A stretch of 61,583 nucleotides of DNA, counting the filler, from Gonapodya sp. JEL0774 (lineage: Eukaryota): assembly GCA_027604505.1 (NCBI GenBank). It is 11 parts of 11 records of this genome, joined end to end, with 100 filler letters (N's around TTAATTAATTAA, not from the genome) between each part and the next. Parts side by side here need not be neighbours in the genome. Positions count along the whole stretch, not along the records: positions 1 to 5,530 come from JADIIX010000706.1; positions 5,631 to 11,155 come from JADIIX010000707.1; positions 11,256 to 16,777 come from JADIIX010000708.1; 8 more parts are not named here. One strand, given 5' to 3'. This document shows, one piece after another, positions 1 through 12,319 of this stretch; within the stretch, counting starts at the first letter, position 1, and each line of letters opens with the position of its first letter. The notes beneath the pieces were generated by a model. The model searched no databases. It was not told the DNA's origin and saw nothing but the letters and a program-made list of their open reading frames with translations. The position numbers and the translations under genes were made by a program.

Positions 1-131
1 CCCCACCTCCGAAAACTCCAACGTCTTCGTCATTTGTCAGTCATGCAAAGGCGCTTGCACGGCCGTCTCGGCGAGGGCATGAAAATGCTCTGCGATCCCA
101 GGGGGAAATACGGGAATCGATAGTTGAGCTC

Positions 132-1738
132 ATGAAGGACGATCCAGCTCGTGTCGATCGTCCTTCCTCACGCGCAACCGCAACGTTCGCACCGGGACCC
201 ACCACCGATAGAGCAACGTCTGCTTGGCTTCGTGGAGGATACCTGCTTGCATTCGCTCAGCTCGCAGTCAGCATGATAGTTGTCGCATCTTTGTTGGTGA
301 TCAATTCACGTCTTGCTGGATGGACCCAAGCTGCGTTTTCATCGTACAGCGATCGGGAGACGAGATATTCTTTAACGGTGAGACGATTTTACGAGGGTTT
401 GCGTCTAGATAACCAGCGTGGAGTGTTCTTGCCCTCTGAACTGCGTTCTTCATACAGTCACACAATTTCGCACTCCGCTCTCGAGAAATCTTGTTTATGA
501 TTACGCAATTGATTCAATTCTACTTGTTCATTGACTCCGTGAGTGGCTCTGCCCCTTAATAGTAACCACTTGCAATTTGAACAAGCATATTCCTCGGTTG
601 GTCGTAGCTCCCTCTTACCCCCAGACCATCCCAGTCCACAACTTCCAACGGTCCAAAGTTTCTTGCGTTCTGCGTCTTTGTGTTGATCTCCCTCCTCTTT
701 TCCATCGCCCACACCACTTCCCAGTCCACTCTGTATTTTTCCGCCGTGCATACGTTGATTCCAGGTTTCCAATGGAGCGGGTACGACACCGCAGCAAATG
801 TTCTGGGATACATTCTTATCACTGGGACTGTCATTTTTTCCGTTTCTTGGTTCGTCGTGGGTCAGCGTCTGTTCAGGAGTATAGTGTGGAAGCACGGCGC
901 GGGAGACCGTCATAGGACAGTTAGTAAGTGGCTCCAATATGTGCCTACAAACAGGATCTCCTCATTGTCAAGGCCGACCGCTTGTGACTCTTGCAGGCCA
1001 CGAAACTCGTCAGCAACTGTTCGAGTGCTTCCTCAAGCTTGGTACCTTTACCGCGCTCGGACACACAGTCACCTTCGTCCTCGTCAACGCCGGAGACCTC
1101 GGGTGGGTCGTGTTCTCGCCTTTCATCTTGGCGTACGACTTTTTCATGATGGCAGGCGGAGTGTACCTCTTTGCGGTTCTTGGGCACGAGGCCGTGAGTT
1201 TGATGGAGGCTTCGAAACTTGCTTTGGGCTCTTCGGTTCATCTGTTAAGCGGTCTGTCTGATCTATTAGATTGCCAGGAGAAGCCAACAGATGACGCTCC
1301 TGTTCGCCGTCGGCTGTTTGGTGGAGACAGTCTTCATTATGGAGTTTTGCGTGAGCCTGCTCCTAAACAGAAAGAATGGAAACTACCCCTTTGATGTCGC
1401 TGGTAATATCATTATGCTTTTTACGATCAGTGAGTGGCTCGATGGTCTTTTCGCCCTCCGTTCGATAATTAGCAATGGCTGGAGTATACTGTTGTTCCCA
1501 CGCTGTTGCGAATCCAAAGCCGTTGCAAACGAAGTCTGTCTCATTGTGTCCGGTATTGTCGCAGCCATGCTGGTGTATGACTACTCTCGGGAACATGAAA
1601 AAATGCGTACGTTACGATTCCTCTGTTGAGACTGGCCTACACTGACCTCACTCTTTGCAATTGGAATGTTTACGTGCAGGTGCGCGCAGAGGCTCAGCAG
1701 CTCGGACATTGAGTGTACTCACCGGCTCTTCAGCTTGA
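132..1738 (+). CDS. Uncharacterised multi-pass membrane protein, tandem paralog A (multi-exon)
   Basis: Splicing the GT-AG intron 378-457 gives SAWLRGGYLLAFAQ...SHNFALRSREILFMITQLIQFYLFIDS. Many hydrophobic segments; motifs shared with the two downstream paralogs; stop TGA 1736-1738. Confidence 0.7.
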
Positions 1739-1977
1739 AAGATTGATCCATAGGCCTGGCTCTTGAGACAGAGACTGATCCACGTGTGCCGAGGGGTTTC
1801 CTCCACAGTTTTGTTTAATCGCTTTAAACCTATTAAAATCATGTTTAATTACTGTAGAAAAGACATAAAATTATCGTCTAATCGCGTGCATGCTTCGTTT
1901 CAATATGGAATAATATATATCGTGGTGGTGCTCCCGCGACCGTGAGCAAAAAGCAGGCGGCCTGAACGATCGCCACA

Positions 1978-3919
1978 ATGGAGGATCAGTATGGCAGCTT
2001 ACGGGACCACTCTCTACGCTCGATGCGCTCTGTACTCGCAGAGCGAGGCGCGAATGCGCCGACCCTGCGGACGCTCTCGCCGGTGACTACGCTTGGCCGG
2101 GACTTTAGTACTGGCCGGTTTTGGAGCCGCAAGAGGACGTACGAGGAAGAACAAACCGCGGAGCAAGAAGATGAGGAAGAGGAAATCGTGATGGAAGATT
2201 TGCGAGATGAAGTATCGGCAGAGGATTCGGATTTCAACGCAGACACGACGATGAGAGTGGTTCGCCGGACAACGTCCGGTGAGTGCGAGCGGCGCACCAT
2301 CGGACCATCAAGCCATAATCAACCCAAAAAAATGTAGGAATTTCGTCCATGAGTGCTCGCCGACTTGGTCTAGGAGGGCTTCTTCGCCGGTCCCCAAAGT
2401 TTTGGATTCGGGTTGGAACAATCCTCGCGACAACACAAACCATCATCGTGATGGCTCTGGCGGGAGTTCTCCTGGCTTTAAATAGTCGACTATTGGTTCG
2501 AGCGAAAGTGGAATACGGGGTCACGAATGGGGATGCTGGCAATGACGATCTCGTTACACTGGAGGTTTGTTCAGTTCACGTACTTGGAGAGCGCAGGTCT
2601 GAAACTCAACAAGATATATTGAAATTCTCTATTTTCTGTGGATTACTCGAACTTATAAACATCTCTCAGTACTACTTTCTGGTTGTGCGGCTGTACGAGG
2701 TCATAGTTTTTGTTGCCACGTTTTATCAGCTCCACCTATTCCTCCGGGCAGTGAGTGGAGACAATTATGTGCCGAGCTGTCTTGCTGCTGACTTTGCATC
2801 TCACTCTTTAGAGCGAGCATTCGAACAGAACGGAGCTCATTGCATCTGCCATCTTCATGATAATACCATTCTTCTTTGGCGCGTTTCACGTCGTTCAACA
2901 GTTGCAAGTTTTCAGGAGGATTTTGAGATATATGCCCAATTTCCAGTTCGGCCTGATGTACTACATCCTTCTTGGACTATCCTATTCCTTGTTCGTGGGG
3001 ACCTGCATATTTATATTTTCCTGGTTAGGAATTGGCGTTGGAGTTTATGCAGGCCTTCGCTGGAATCTATACAAAAGTGCTGGTGCAGATACTCGAGTCA
3101 GACGTGGGTGATCACCGAGCCACAATAACTGGACTTCCCTCGCAACCGAGTGGCGTTCTGATGGTTGATTCCATATTCATCAGGTTATTTAAGGCGCCGT
3201 CACATATTTCAGCTACTTCTGAGCTTGGGATGGTTCTCTTTATTGGCATTTGGAATCCAATTTTACTTTCTTGTCTTGAGCGGCCTGGGAGAAAGTTTGA
3301 TACCCCGGTTTATGATGGCTTATGGAGGTTTGATGATCATCGGTGGCTTTTACCTTTTTCTTGTTGTTGGCACAAGTGTGGTAGGTTGTCTGTCTTACTG
3401 CCCAAAGAATTTCCTATCGCTCATGGATCGGTATCAATGATTAAACGTCTCATCAAGGTTCAGACAAGATCGCTGTCAAAGATCTCTCTGTTCGTGTACG
3501 GAAGTGCCTGGGAAGTCTTGTATTTTATTTTTGTCGCTAACGGTCTTTGGAGGTCGGGAACGGAATCTTCGGTGAATGACGGATCAGGGATTGTGACGAG
3601 TCTGAGGGTTTCAGGTGAGTTTTCGAACACAATTCCGTTAGTGCCAAATCCATCAAGCAAACAAGCAATTTTTAAAAAGCTATTCTTGTGGGCGGGATGT
3701 TTTTTCTCACATGTGCTTTCGCATGTGCCGTTGCGTACACTGAGGCGAAGCGCAACACAAATATCGTGAGCAACTCTGATTTTCTACTATCTGAGTCAAG
3801 CGTCTCATGTAACTTTTACTTTGCTCGCTGAGAAGTTACCGAGAGGAAGTTCTGTCCCCCGATCAGACTCTGTAGTCGCCATCGTCTCGGCGGAAGCGCC
3901 GTCTACTATGGAACGATGA
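1978..3919 (+). CDS. Uncharacterised multi-pass membrane protein, tandem paralog B (multi-exon)
   Basis: Acidic N-terminal exon, then PKFWIRVGTILATTQ, VRLYEVIVFVATFYQLHLFLRA and GLRWNLYKSAGADT, colinear with paralogs A and C. The 3' end is approximate. Confidence 0.7.
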
Positions 3920-4214
3920 CCCCAACATTTCGATGTCCCAGAACTACTTCTTACATCTGCATCCACGTATTTTGTTCGCAATTTTGATTATGTAAATAAA
4001 ATTCGTACTCTCGTTCTGGTGATACGATCAAAAACGAGCGTCAGAGGGCCGCCAGACCGGTGTCACTCATTATTTATTTCAGTGTGATCACTTGGTGCTT
4101 GAGCGAAAGTGATGTGAAGAGACTCATGATCATAAATCAAACAAAAATGGGGGATCGGCGGTTGCGGGGTCATACCAGCCCACACACCCCCCCACCCACA
4201 CAAACATATGCTCG

Positions 4215-5530
4215 ATGGCGAACGAGGAGAAGGGATATCACGATAGTCGCTCGGATCACACTCTCCAGATTGCCCAGTCGCCATCGTTGCGAGAACGACA
4301 CCCAGGCAGGGACACTGCGTTGCGAGAAAACTCGTCCCTCTTGGATACAGGTCCACGGGACCACTCTTTGCGCTCATGGAACTCGGTAATCGAAGAAACT
4401 CGGAGAACAGCAGAACTTGTGCCTTCTTTGCCTGGTTCAGCGGCCAGCCGGGAAGCTAGAATTTTTCCCAGACCCTCTCGGTCCCAAGATGGGGGGGATG
4501 GTGAGATACAGCTGCTGGTTGTTGACGACAATGGGGACGAAACGACCCAACTAGATGGGTCTGGAAACGTGGAATGGGTGGGCAATACTAACAGTGAGCT
4601 TTCGAACTTCAAATAAACGTCCAGAGCCAGATCCTGACACCATTGCTCGCCCACTATCCAGGTTCAGGATCCCGGCGAGACACCACTTCGCGTTACCGCC
4701 CTAGTGTGTGGCTTCGAGTGGGTTACTGGCTCGCTAATATTCAGGCTGTGACGATTCTGGGGCTTGTGGGTGTCCTACTCATGGAAAACACTCGAATAGC
4801 AACACCGTTGAAGGATTATCCCATATCCAGTGACGACTACGCTATATTGATGGTGCGCTGACTGTTGAATGTACATTCTGAGCATTCTCATTCCCTTCTC
4901 ACTAACCTGGGGGTTTCAGTCTCATACTTTCGGCATTCGAGTGTCCGAAGTACTTCTCTTCATCGCCACTGCTTTTCAGTTCTATTTGTATGTTGATGCA
5001 GTACGTATGGGTTTGCTTCTCGTTGAATTCATGAAAAAGAGCGGGTCAAACTTACAATCCCCGCACGGGTGTCGTTCACTTAGACTGTCACATCCAACCG
5101 AAGCCAACTCCTCACTTCTGCCATCTTTCTATTTATTTGCATTGTTTACGCGGTGACGCATACTTTTCAGCAACGTAACTTATTCGCTCAGATCATACAG
5201 ATCATTCCCACATATACTTTCAGTGGGAGAGATAGGGCAGCGAGCGCACTTTCTTACGCTTTGATTGCAGCGGAAGTCATCGCTGGTTTTATTTGGGGTG
5301 CGATAGGGTCTCGGGTGTGGGCGGGAATGCGGTGGAAACTGTACAAGGACGAGGGAGCGGATACGATGAACCAACGTGAGCGCCTGAACAGAATTCTACC
5401 TTCCGTGCTCTACAATTTTCCTCTTTTCAACCCGCGCAGACCGAACTTTCCGCCATCATCTGTTCCAAGTGGTCCTCCGACTTGCTCTGTTCTTTCATCT
5501 CAGTGTGGCGATTCAGTTCTACTTCCTTGC
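4215..5530 (+). CDS. Uncharacterised multi-pass membrane protein, tandem paralog C (3' truncated by contig end)
   Basis: PSVWLRVGYWLANIQ, SHTFGIRVSEVLLFIATAFQFYLYVDA and GMRWKLYKDEGADT match paralogs A and B. Confidence 0.7.
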
Positions 5531-5630
5531 NNNNNNNNNNNNNNNNNNNNNNNNNNNNNNNNNNNNNNNNNNNNTTAATTAATTAANNNNNNNNNNNNNN
5601 NNNNNNNNNNNNNNNNNNNNNNNNNNNNNN
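5531..5630. other. Artificial contig linker (N44-TTAATTAATTAA-N44). Also at 11156-11255, 16778-16877, 22395-22494, 28005-28104, 33612-33711, 39216-39315, 44815-44914, 50411-50510 and 56002-56101
   Basis: Identical 100-nt spacers carrying a six-frame stop 12-mer; the intervening contig lengths decrease monotonically. Confidence 0.98.
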
Positions 5631-6125
5631 ACCGTCCCTGGGCAAAAATGGAAGAAAACCCGCGCCCCCCGGCACCCCCCTGCTGCTCGAAAAAAGCAGC
5701 AAAGGATCGTTTCTGGGCCTGGACCCGAAATATCTAGTCTGAGCCTCATCGTTAGTCGGTCTCAATACAAGAAACAGTAGTATATTGGGTGGGCCAGGCG
5801 CGGCGCTCCAAGACTCGTATGCAACCAATATACGATACAACAGCTTTGCAAAGCAACCAAAGAGAGCTTCAGGATAACGCCACGTTGGTTAAGGATTCCC
5901 GAATCTCTTGCGGGGTGCTCACTGCGCCACGAGCTCTCAAAAGAGAGTACTCGCACGTGAACTTCGTACGATGTAACCGTCAAACAATACTCAGTAAAAT
6001 ACCACCAGGGTTGCGTTGTTGAGGAGACATGTCTTGAAACATTCTGTGCGAAGCCTCTTGAGAGGAACAATCGCATGATCTTCGCCTTCTTATAGTTTGA
6101 GACCGCTCACATTAAAATCCGCACA

Positions 6126-7451
6126 ATGCCCCCGATAGAAGATTTGACAGGCCACAGTACGACAAACCCGCGCCAGAGACACTCGGATCGTTCTCTAACC
6201 CGTTCGTCTGCGAGTGCGCACGATGTGGTGGTAACGTTCAGTCCGTCCGCACCTCACAAGCTCCTCACGTTCTTGACAAGTCTTTTGGATCGTGGCTTAC
6301 TCACGGATGTTTCTGACATTGTACAGGAGATAATCAGGGGAGCTTATGTGGGGGGAGTACCGCGAAATTCTTCGAGTAAGACGACAGAAAACTGCAACGG
6401 AAAGGGGCTCCTCAAACACCGTCGAATCTTCAACATCTTTGTGGATAGTGGATTGTATGGCCGTTTTACTGCAATGGCAGTGGCCGGAGTACTTCGTAGT
6501 TCGGCACCTTCCGCTCACGATAACGAATGCGACCACCACATCATCCATCTCAAATGTGTCGTCGAAGTCGCCATGTGCTCCAGCACGGTGCGCTCGGTGA
6601 TGATGGCACCTCACTGGTCCGCGACGGTGGATCAGGTTCTCGGGATCGCGATCCGATGGTCTTTGCAGTTGATGGGACAGGTTTTGACACCGGCAACGTC
6701 TTCACCCGCGCCGATGGTGGACCCACCTGCTGTGCATCTTAGACCTGGGTCCGACGGTCGAGTCTGTGTGGACAATCGCGTGTCCGTTATCCTGTTGATC
6801 ACCACCATCTTCACCTCCTTGATTGCGAGTGGAACGTCAGAAGGGCGGGGTCGAATTCCGGCGCTTACTTCATTACACTTGAGTGACGCAAGACGGAATG
6901 ACCTGGAGCGGTTGCGGGACCAGCTTGCGGCGTATGATGCCATGTCTCTCCATACCCCTCGGAGGTACAGCAGCAGTATCGGCTTGTTGGGAGGTCTTAC
7001 ACTGGGATGGAAGAACTTCTTCTCTGCAGTCTCAGCGAGGGATGTTGAATCCGGAGCGGTGTCGGACTGTTTCTACTCACCGGAGGGACATGAGATAATC
7101 TCAAAAGCGCGCGCCACGTCAGCTCTGGATGAGTTCTCCACTTTGTGCTCGAATCCAAACTGTCCACGAGATATGCGATTTCTGAGCACGAGGAGTGCCA
7201 GAGCAGAGGATGGCGCTGAGATCGCGCAGGGAACTTCGGACCCTCCTTTGTTCCAAGCGGCAGTTGGGACATTCCAATGTCGGAGGTGCAGCAGAACCAG
7301 GTACTGCAGCGAGACCTGCAAAGATGTTCATAGTGCGCTCCACCGTGAAGTGTGTGATATGGGAGTAGAGTTCAACAGGAGGATGTTAGAGAGATATCAC
7401 GCGGGCATGAAAACGACAAAGAGCAGTTGTGAATTAGGTGCTCCTACATAA
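6126..7451 (+). CDS. MYND-type zinc finger protein
   Basis: 441-aa ORF with C-terminal CSNPNC...CRRCSRTRYCSETCKDVHSALHREVC, matching the MYND CxxC...YCSxxC...H...HxxxC pattern. Confidence 0.75.
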   Translation: MPPIEDLTGHSTTNPRQRHSDRSLTRSSASAHDVVVTFSPSAPHKLLTFLTSLLDRGLLTDVSDIVQEIIRGAYVGGVPRNSSSKTTENCNGKGLLKHRRIFNIFVDSGLYGRFTAMAVAGVLRSSAPSAHDNECDHHIIHLKCVVEVAMCSSTVRSVMMAPHWSATVDQVLGIAIRWSLQLMGQVLTPATSSPAPMVDPPAVHLRPGSDGRVCVDNRVSVILLITTIFTSLIASGTSEGRGRIPALTSLHLSDARRNDLERLRDQLAAYDAMSLHTPRRYSSSIGLLGGLTLGWKNFFSAVSARDVESGAVSDCFYSPEGHEIISKARATSALDEFSTLCSNPNCPRDMRFLSTRSARAEDGAEIAQGTSDPPLFQAAVGTFQCRRCSRTRYCSETCKDVHSALHREVCDMGVEFNRRMLERYHAGMKTTKSSCELGAPT

Positions 7452-7793
7452 AATACTTCTTCGCGATGCTGAAGCCAAGACAGTTATCTCAATTTCTTCA
7501 GGTCCCCTATGTTATAAATTGCAGGAAGGGTGTGGATCACTGTCATCAAAAGTGCTACTTGCAATAAAGCTCCTGAAACCATTCCTATAACACATAAACA
7601 CATATTTGCCAACTTGTCAATTTGTGGATGTCTCCCTTTCTTTGGCGTTTTCATTTTCCTTCCATTTCGGGTGGATCTGAGGAGTGACCTCAGCGAGGCG
7701 CAAGGGCTTATGGATGCTTTTGCACACCATTCAAAAAACAGAGTTCGCCCAATCCCAGGTTGTCCTCCGCCCGGCAATCCCGTATAACCGGTC

Positions 7794-10260
7794 ATGTCTT
7801 CTCGTCGCCATGACTCGTCGTTTTCTAGCAACAACTACGGCGGCGGGGGTGGCGATTACCCAATGTCGCAATCGTCATTGGGATCCGTCAACTACGACAC
7901 TTCCTCGAATTTCTCCGCAGCGCCTGCAGCTCCGTCGGTCAGAAACCAGCTAGACTCGGGCCGCAGAGGGGACCGCATGGCTCCGTGGGGTTCAGATGCA
8001 GACAGTCCATCGAGACCTCGGTACGAGAGTTCTGGCCCACCATTAGGCCGCACGCCCCCAAAAAAGAAATCACGCACGACTGCCATTTCGATCGCCGTGG
8101 CTGTGGTACTGATTGTGGTTACAGGTATCGTGGTCGGCGTCGTGCTGGGCAAGCGGAATGCTGGTTCTGCTGCGACGGATTCAACAGGACAGGCAGCAGC
8201 ATTGGGCGCGGAGGATCTTCTGACAACTGCTGCCACCGGCGGAACAACGAGAGGGACAACTAGTGGGAGATCGAGTAGCTCAACGGCGAGGACAAGTGCA
8301 GGGTGAGTATTTTAATGACAGGTCCACTGTTCGCCAATTCAGTCTACGGCATCCAGATACAGCACGCGCTGTTCAGAGTGAACCTTCGATAAAGTGCGAC
8401 AGGTAGAACCGGCAAGGACGCATGCGAGAACGGGGAAGGAGTCCAATCACTGAGCACACCAAGGAAAACAACCCCCCAGCCCACATACCCATCGATCCAT
8501 CCGACAAACGCGCTTTAAATTGGATTCTGTGAAGAGAACCATTGGATTGTGCTTTGCTTTCTACAATATTGACGACTTGTGGATGGGGGAAGCTTGGGAT
8601 CCATTTTGAGCAATCCACTCGCCAACACAGACATTGCACTTTCGTACATACCGGTAGTGGGATGGAAGTGCAGTGAAGGAGTCGTGAGGCTTTCGGGAAG
8701 GAAGGAGGAGGGGTGGAAAGGCTCTCCGAAGAACCCCGCGATGACCTATCCGCTAATTGTCCTCGTCAGCTCTCCCACCCCTTCCCCCACTCCATCCCGT
8801 GCCTCGTCGTCCTCCCAATCCGCCGCACCCACCACCGCCCCCGCGTCCAGCTCCGGAGCACCCACCACAACCGTTCCTGCTGTTACGACGACAACCGCAC
8901 AGCAAAACGTCGCATCAACGACGACGGCACAGCAAGTTGTGGGGAGACCGAACGCGCCTTGGTTTTGTGAGTAAATTAAATGAGGAAATCGTCGAGGGTC
9001 TGCCCCAGAGACGTGTCAGCGTTCACGTTGACTTGTTTATATTTCCGCGCTCATTCCCTACCGCTCGTTGACAGCTCTTGAAACACAATGCGTCGCACCT
9101 GGAATGGTGGCTCTCACATTTGACGGTAGGTACCGCCATTCTTACAGTACCCCGCTCTGTTTTTCAACTCAAAACTCCCCCTCATCCTCATCACCACATC
9201 CACGATATCTCGTTCTCACCCTCACGTTCCTCTGTATCGGAACTACTTATCGTACTTGGCTCATTTGGCTCTACAGATGGCCCCACTGAGTTCACTCAAG
9301 GCCTTCTGGACCTGCTCGACCAACTGGGCATCAAGGCTACTTTCTTCATTAATGGGTTAACCACATGGTATGTAGAAAGCGACGCATTGCCGTCCTCCAT
9401 ACGGCTTACTCATCTTGTGATGATGTATATTCATATCCTCCCGGTGCATGCGGAATGGTAGGGGGGTGGACATCAAAGCACCATATGGTCAGTCCATACT
9501 CCGCCGGATGAGCAACTCAGGACACTGTATTGGCGTTCAGTAAGTCTACCCACCTGTGACCACCGCTCGATGTCGGTCTCACCCAAAGCTGTGCACACCA
9601 CCGCAGCACCTGGACCCACCAAGACCTGACGCTGGCGTCGGATGACCAGATCCGCAGTGAGATCATGCAAGTGGAGGATGTTTTGGCAAGCACGATTGGG
9701 AAAAGACCGTACTTCATGAGACCACCATATGTGGGTTGACGATCATGAACTGCAGGGGGTTTATAACGCATCCACTGTTCTCGTTGCACCTTTATCTTGT
9801 CGAGTCCGCACCGTGTTCTAACCACCACTCTTTATTCTCCATCTTCTCTCCCGATTCCTCGCCCAGGGCTACTACAACGACCACGTCCTCCAACTGATCC
9901 GCGAGCTCGGCTACTGGGCCGCCGTCCTGTGGAACTTTGACACCAACGACTGGCGACACGAGGATGACGTTGGGGCAAGTGTCGTGGTGTTTCAGGAAGC
10001 GATGGCACCGGGACCTGGAGCGTGAGTGTCGGATCGTGACTTCGTGTCGCTCGGCCTTACAGATGATGTGTACGGGCGTGGGATTGACGGTTCAATTTGT
10101 TACTTCTCGTACTTGCAGTGGCAACATCCTCCCTCTCATGCACGACCGTCTCGCCCGCGTGGCGCAGATCACGGCGCAGGTCGTTCCAATGTTGCGCGCC
10201 AACGGCGCGTGGAGGTTTGTGACCATGGACGAATGCTTGGGCAGGGCGTGTTTCAGATGA
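7794..10260 (+). CDS. Chitin/polysaccharide deacetylase (CE4, NodB domain) with N-terminal TM anchor and Ser/Thr-rich linker
   Basis: Spliced motifs: VALTFD|DGP, KATFFING, GHCIGVH|TWTHQDL, RPYFMRPPY, LWNFDTNDWRH, ILPLMHD. TM segment ISIAVAVVLIVVTGIVVGVVLG follows KKKSR. Confidence 0.9.
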
Positions 10261-10703
10261 GACTCGGGGTGTCTCGGTAACTTATTTTGGCCGGGATGTT
10301 GGACTTGATTATAGCGATCGGAGCGGTGATTGACTCACTGCAGCCGGCTGGCAGACTTAACGGTTTTCAAGAGGATATGTATGGACGTACGATACGTAGG
10401 CATGTTATTTTGATCGAACGTTAAATGTCTCATCAGAGCCAGCTCGTGCTCTCAGAAATTCTCCATGACTGCCGTCTGAGGGGGCGGAATAAATGTCATG
10501 TTCAGGGAAAACTGGGCAACATTCGTCAAAGTCACGACCCTCAGCATACATAAGCCGAACTATCAACGTACGCCTGTCACCGCATCCCAAATCCCGACGT
10601 CGCCCGGTCCCAACGTGGCTACATAAAACATGGAGCATTTGTAAATTCCATCGCACCGTGTCACGACAAGAAACAAGTACATCAACACAGAAAATATAAA
10701 ACA

Positions 10704-11155
10704 TCAATTAGGCTCTCGGGCCTGTCCAGAACAATGACTTTGAATTATTTCCAATATCTCCGTGAAGCGAGAGTTTTCTGCATCCTCCAATGCACTGTCC
10801 TTGTGCTGAGACGGCTCCACCGGAGTCGCCCCCCACTCCAGCAGCAACTTGACAATGTCCGTATTCCCTTCTCGAACTGCCTCCCAAAGTGCCCGATCTT
10901 CGTCGTCATGAAGCAGTAAAGATAAAATTTTTGATTCCCCAAATTGAGCTGGAGCGCTCGGCACATCGTACATTCCCGCTCCATGATCAAGCAGCAAGGA
11001 TGTCATCTCAAAATTGCCCAACGAGGTTGCCATGCACAATGTGCTGTAGTCCCTTCCGTTGACTTCTGCACCTTTTGAAAGGAGGAAACGGACAACGTCA
11101 AGATGTTCATACTCTACCGCTCGATACAACGCGCTGTCGTCATTAGCGTGGATGT
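10704..11155 (-). CDS. Ankyrin-repeat protein (5' truncated)
   Basis: ALYRAVEYEHLDVVRFLLSKGAEVN, GNFEMTSLLLDHGA and ALWEAVREGNTDIVKLLLEWGA. Confidence 0.85.
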
Positions 11156-12319
11156 NNNNNNNNNNNNNNNNNNNNNNNNNNNNNNNNNNNNNNNNNNNNT
11201 TAATTAATTAANNNNNNNNNNNNNNNNNNNNNNNNNNNNNNNNNNNNNNNNNNNNGACGGATGGGAGTAGTTACCCAGTCCAACGAGCTTTTTGGACAGT
11301 GACAGGTCAATGGAACAGTCATCACGGGCTGATTGCTACTGTACGTAGCATCGGTCTTACCAGTAGACGCCGCCCGGCCATGATGGTGTTCGCACTTTCG
11401 TTGGGCCGAACAAGAAAAAACGCTTTCGATGAGATCTCAAAACTCATTGTAATGTATCATGTCGACATTGTTGTACCGAACAATTTCTCAAAGTCGTGAG
11501 AGTTCTCCACAAATTCCCGCTATTGAATTCTGAGATAGCTTGGGTTTGGCCACTTCTTTACGCCGCGTTAGACTGATTTCAGCATGGGCAAAAGAAGAGC
11601 AATTACGAAAGCGCCCCCTTTCCCGTTTCTAAAACTTGCGGATTAGTTCATATCATCAATGAAGTGTCAAGTCTATTTTGAGACTTATTAGCTTGTCGGG
11701 TGCGGCTCCTACACGAACTGCGTTTGCAATTTATCAGTTGGGGATTACTTTATATAAAGTAGTACCGCTGGAATGGCTGTATTCAACTTCAGTTGACCGC
11801 GTACGAGCTATCCGGAAGAACTTGCTTTTTCTTCGTTCAAGCTTGAATTGTGAGATGACTTTCTGGTGCTGTGCCACCTGTCCCACGACAAGCTCCTCGC
11901 GTGACCAAGTTGTTTCAGGGCGTGATTCGCGAAGGCGCCCGCGTTTTTCTTGAAGAATCTCACGAAAAACGACTCCAACAGCCTTTTACGACACATTCCG
12001 GTGCATTGAGTGGTCCTATCGCTTTCAGCTAGGAGCTCTTCGGGAAGTTGGAGCTGCCGAGCCGTGCGACGCGGGAAGCCAAAAACTGCACAGGAGCCCA
12101 GAGAGAGCGCGAAGCCGCGTTGAATTAAGTGCAATCGCAGATGTGAGATTTGTAGTTGCTATTCGGAGTGCTGCTCTTGGACGATTCTCGCTCATTTTCT
12201 TATATTGTTTGAACAAACACACCAGCGTCGTTCGATCCCGACTTCCGATAAAAGTAACATTAGAACCACAGCCCTTCCATACATAAACCTCTGAGGGTGT
12301 ATTCCTTCCGTATTCCGAT

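Noticed and set aside
5575..5586. TTAATTAATTAA recurring about every 5.6 kb as a biological repeat or CRISPR-like array
   Set aside because: It is always embedded in N-runs and is a synthetic six-frame-stop linker.
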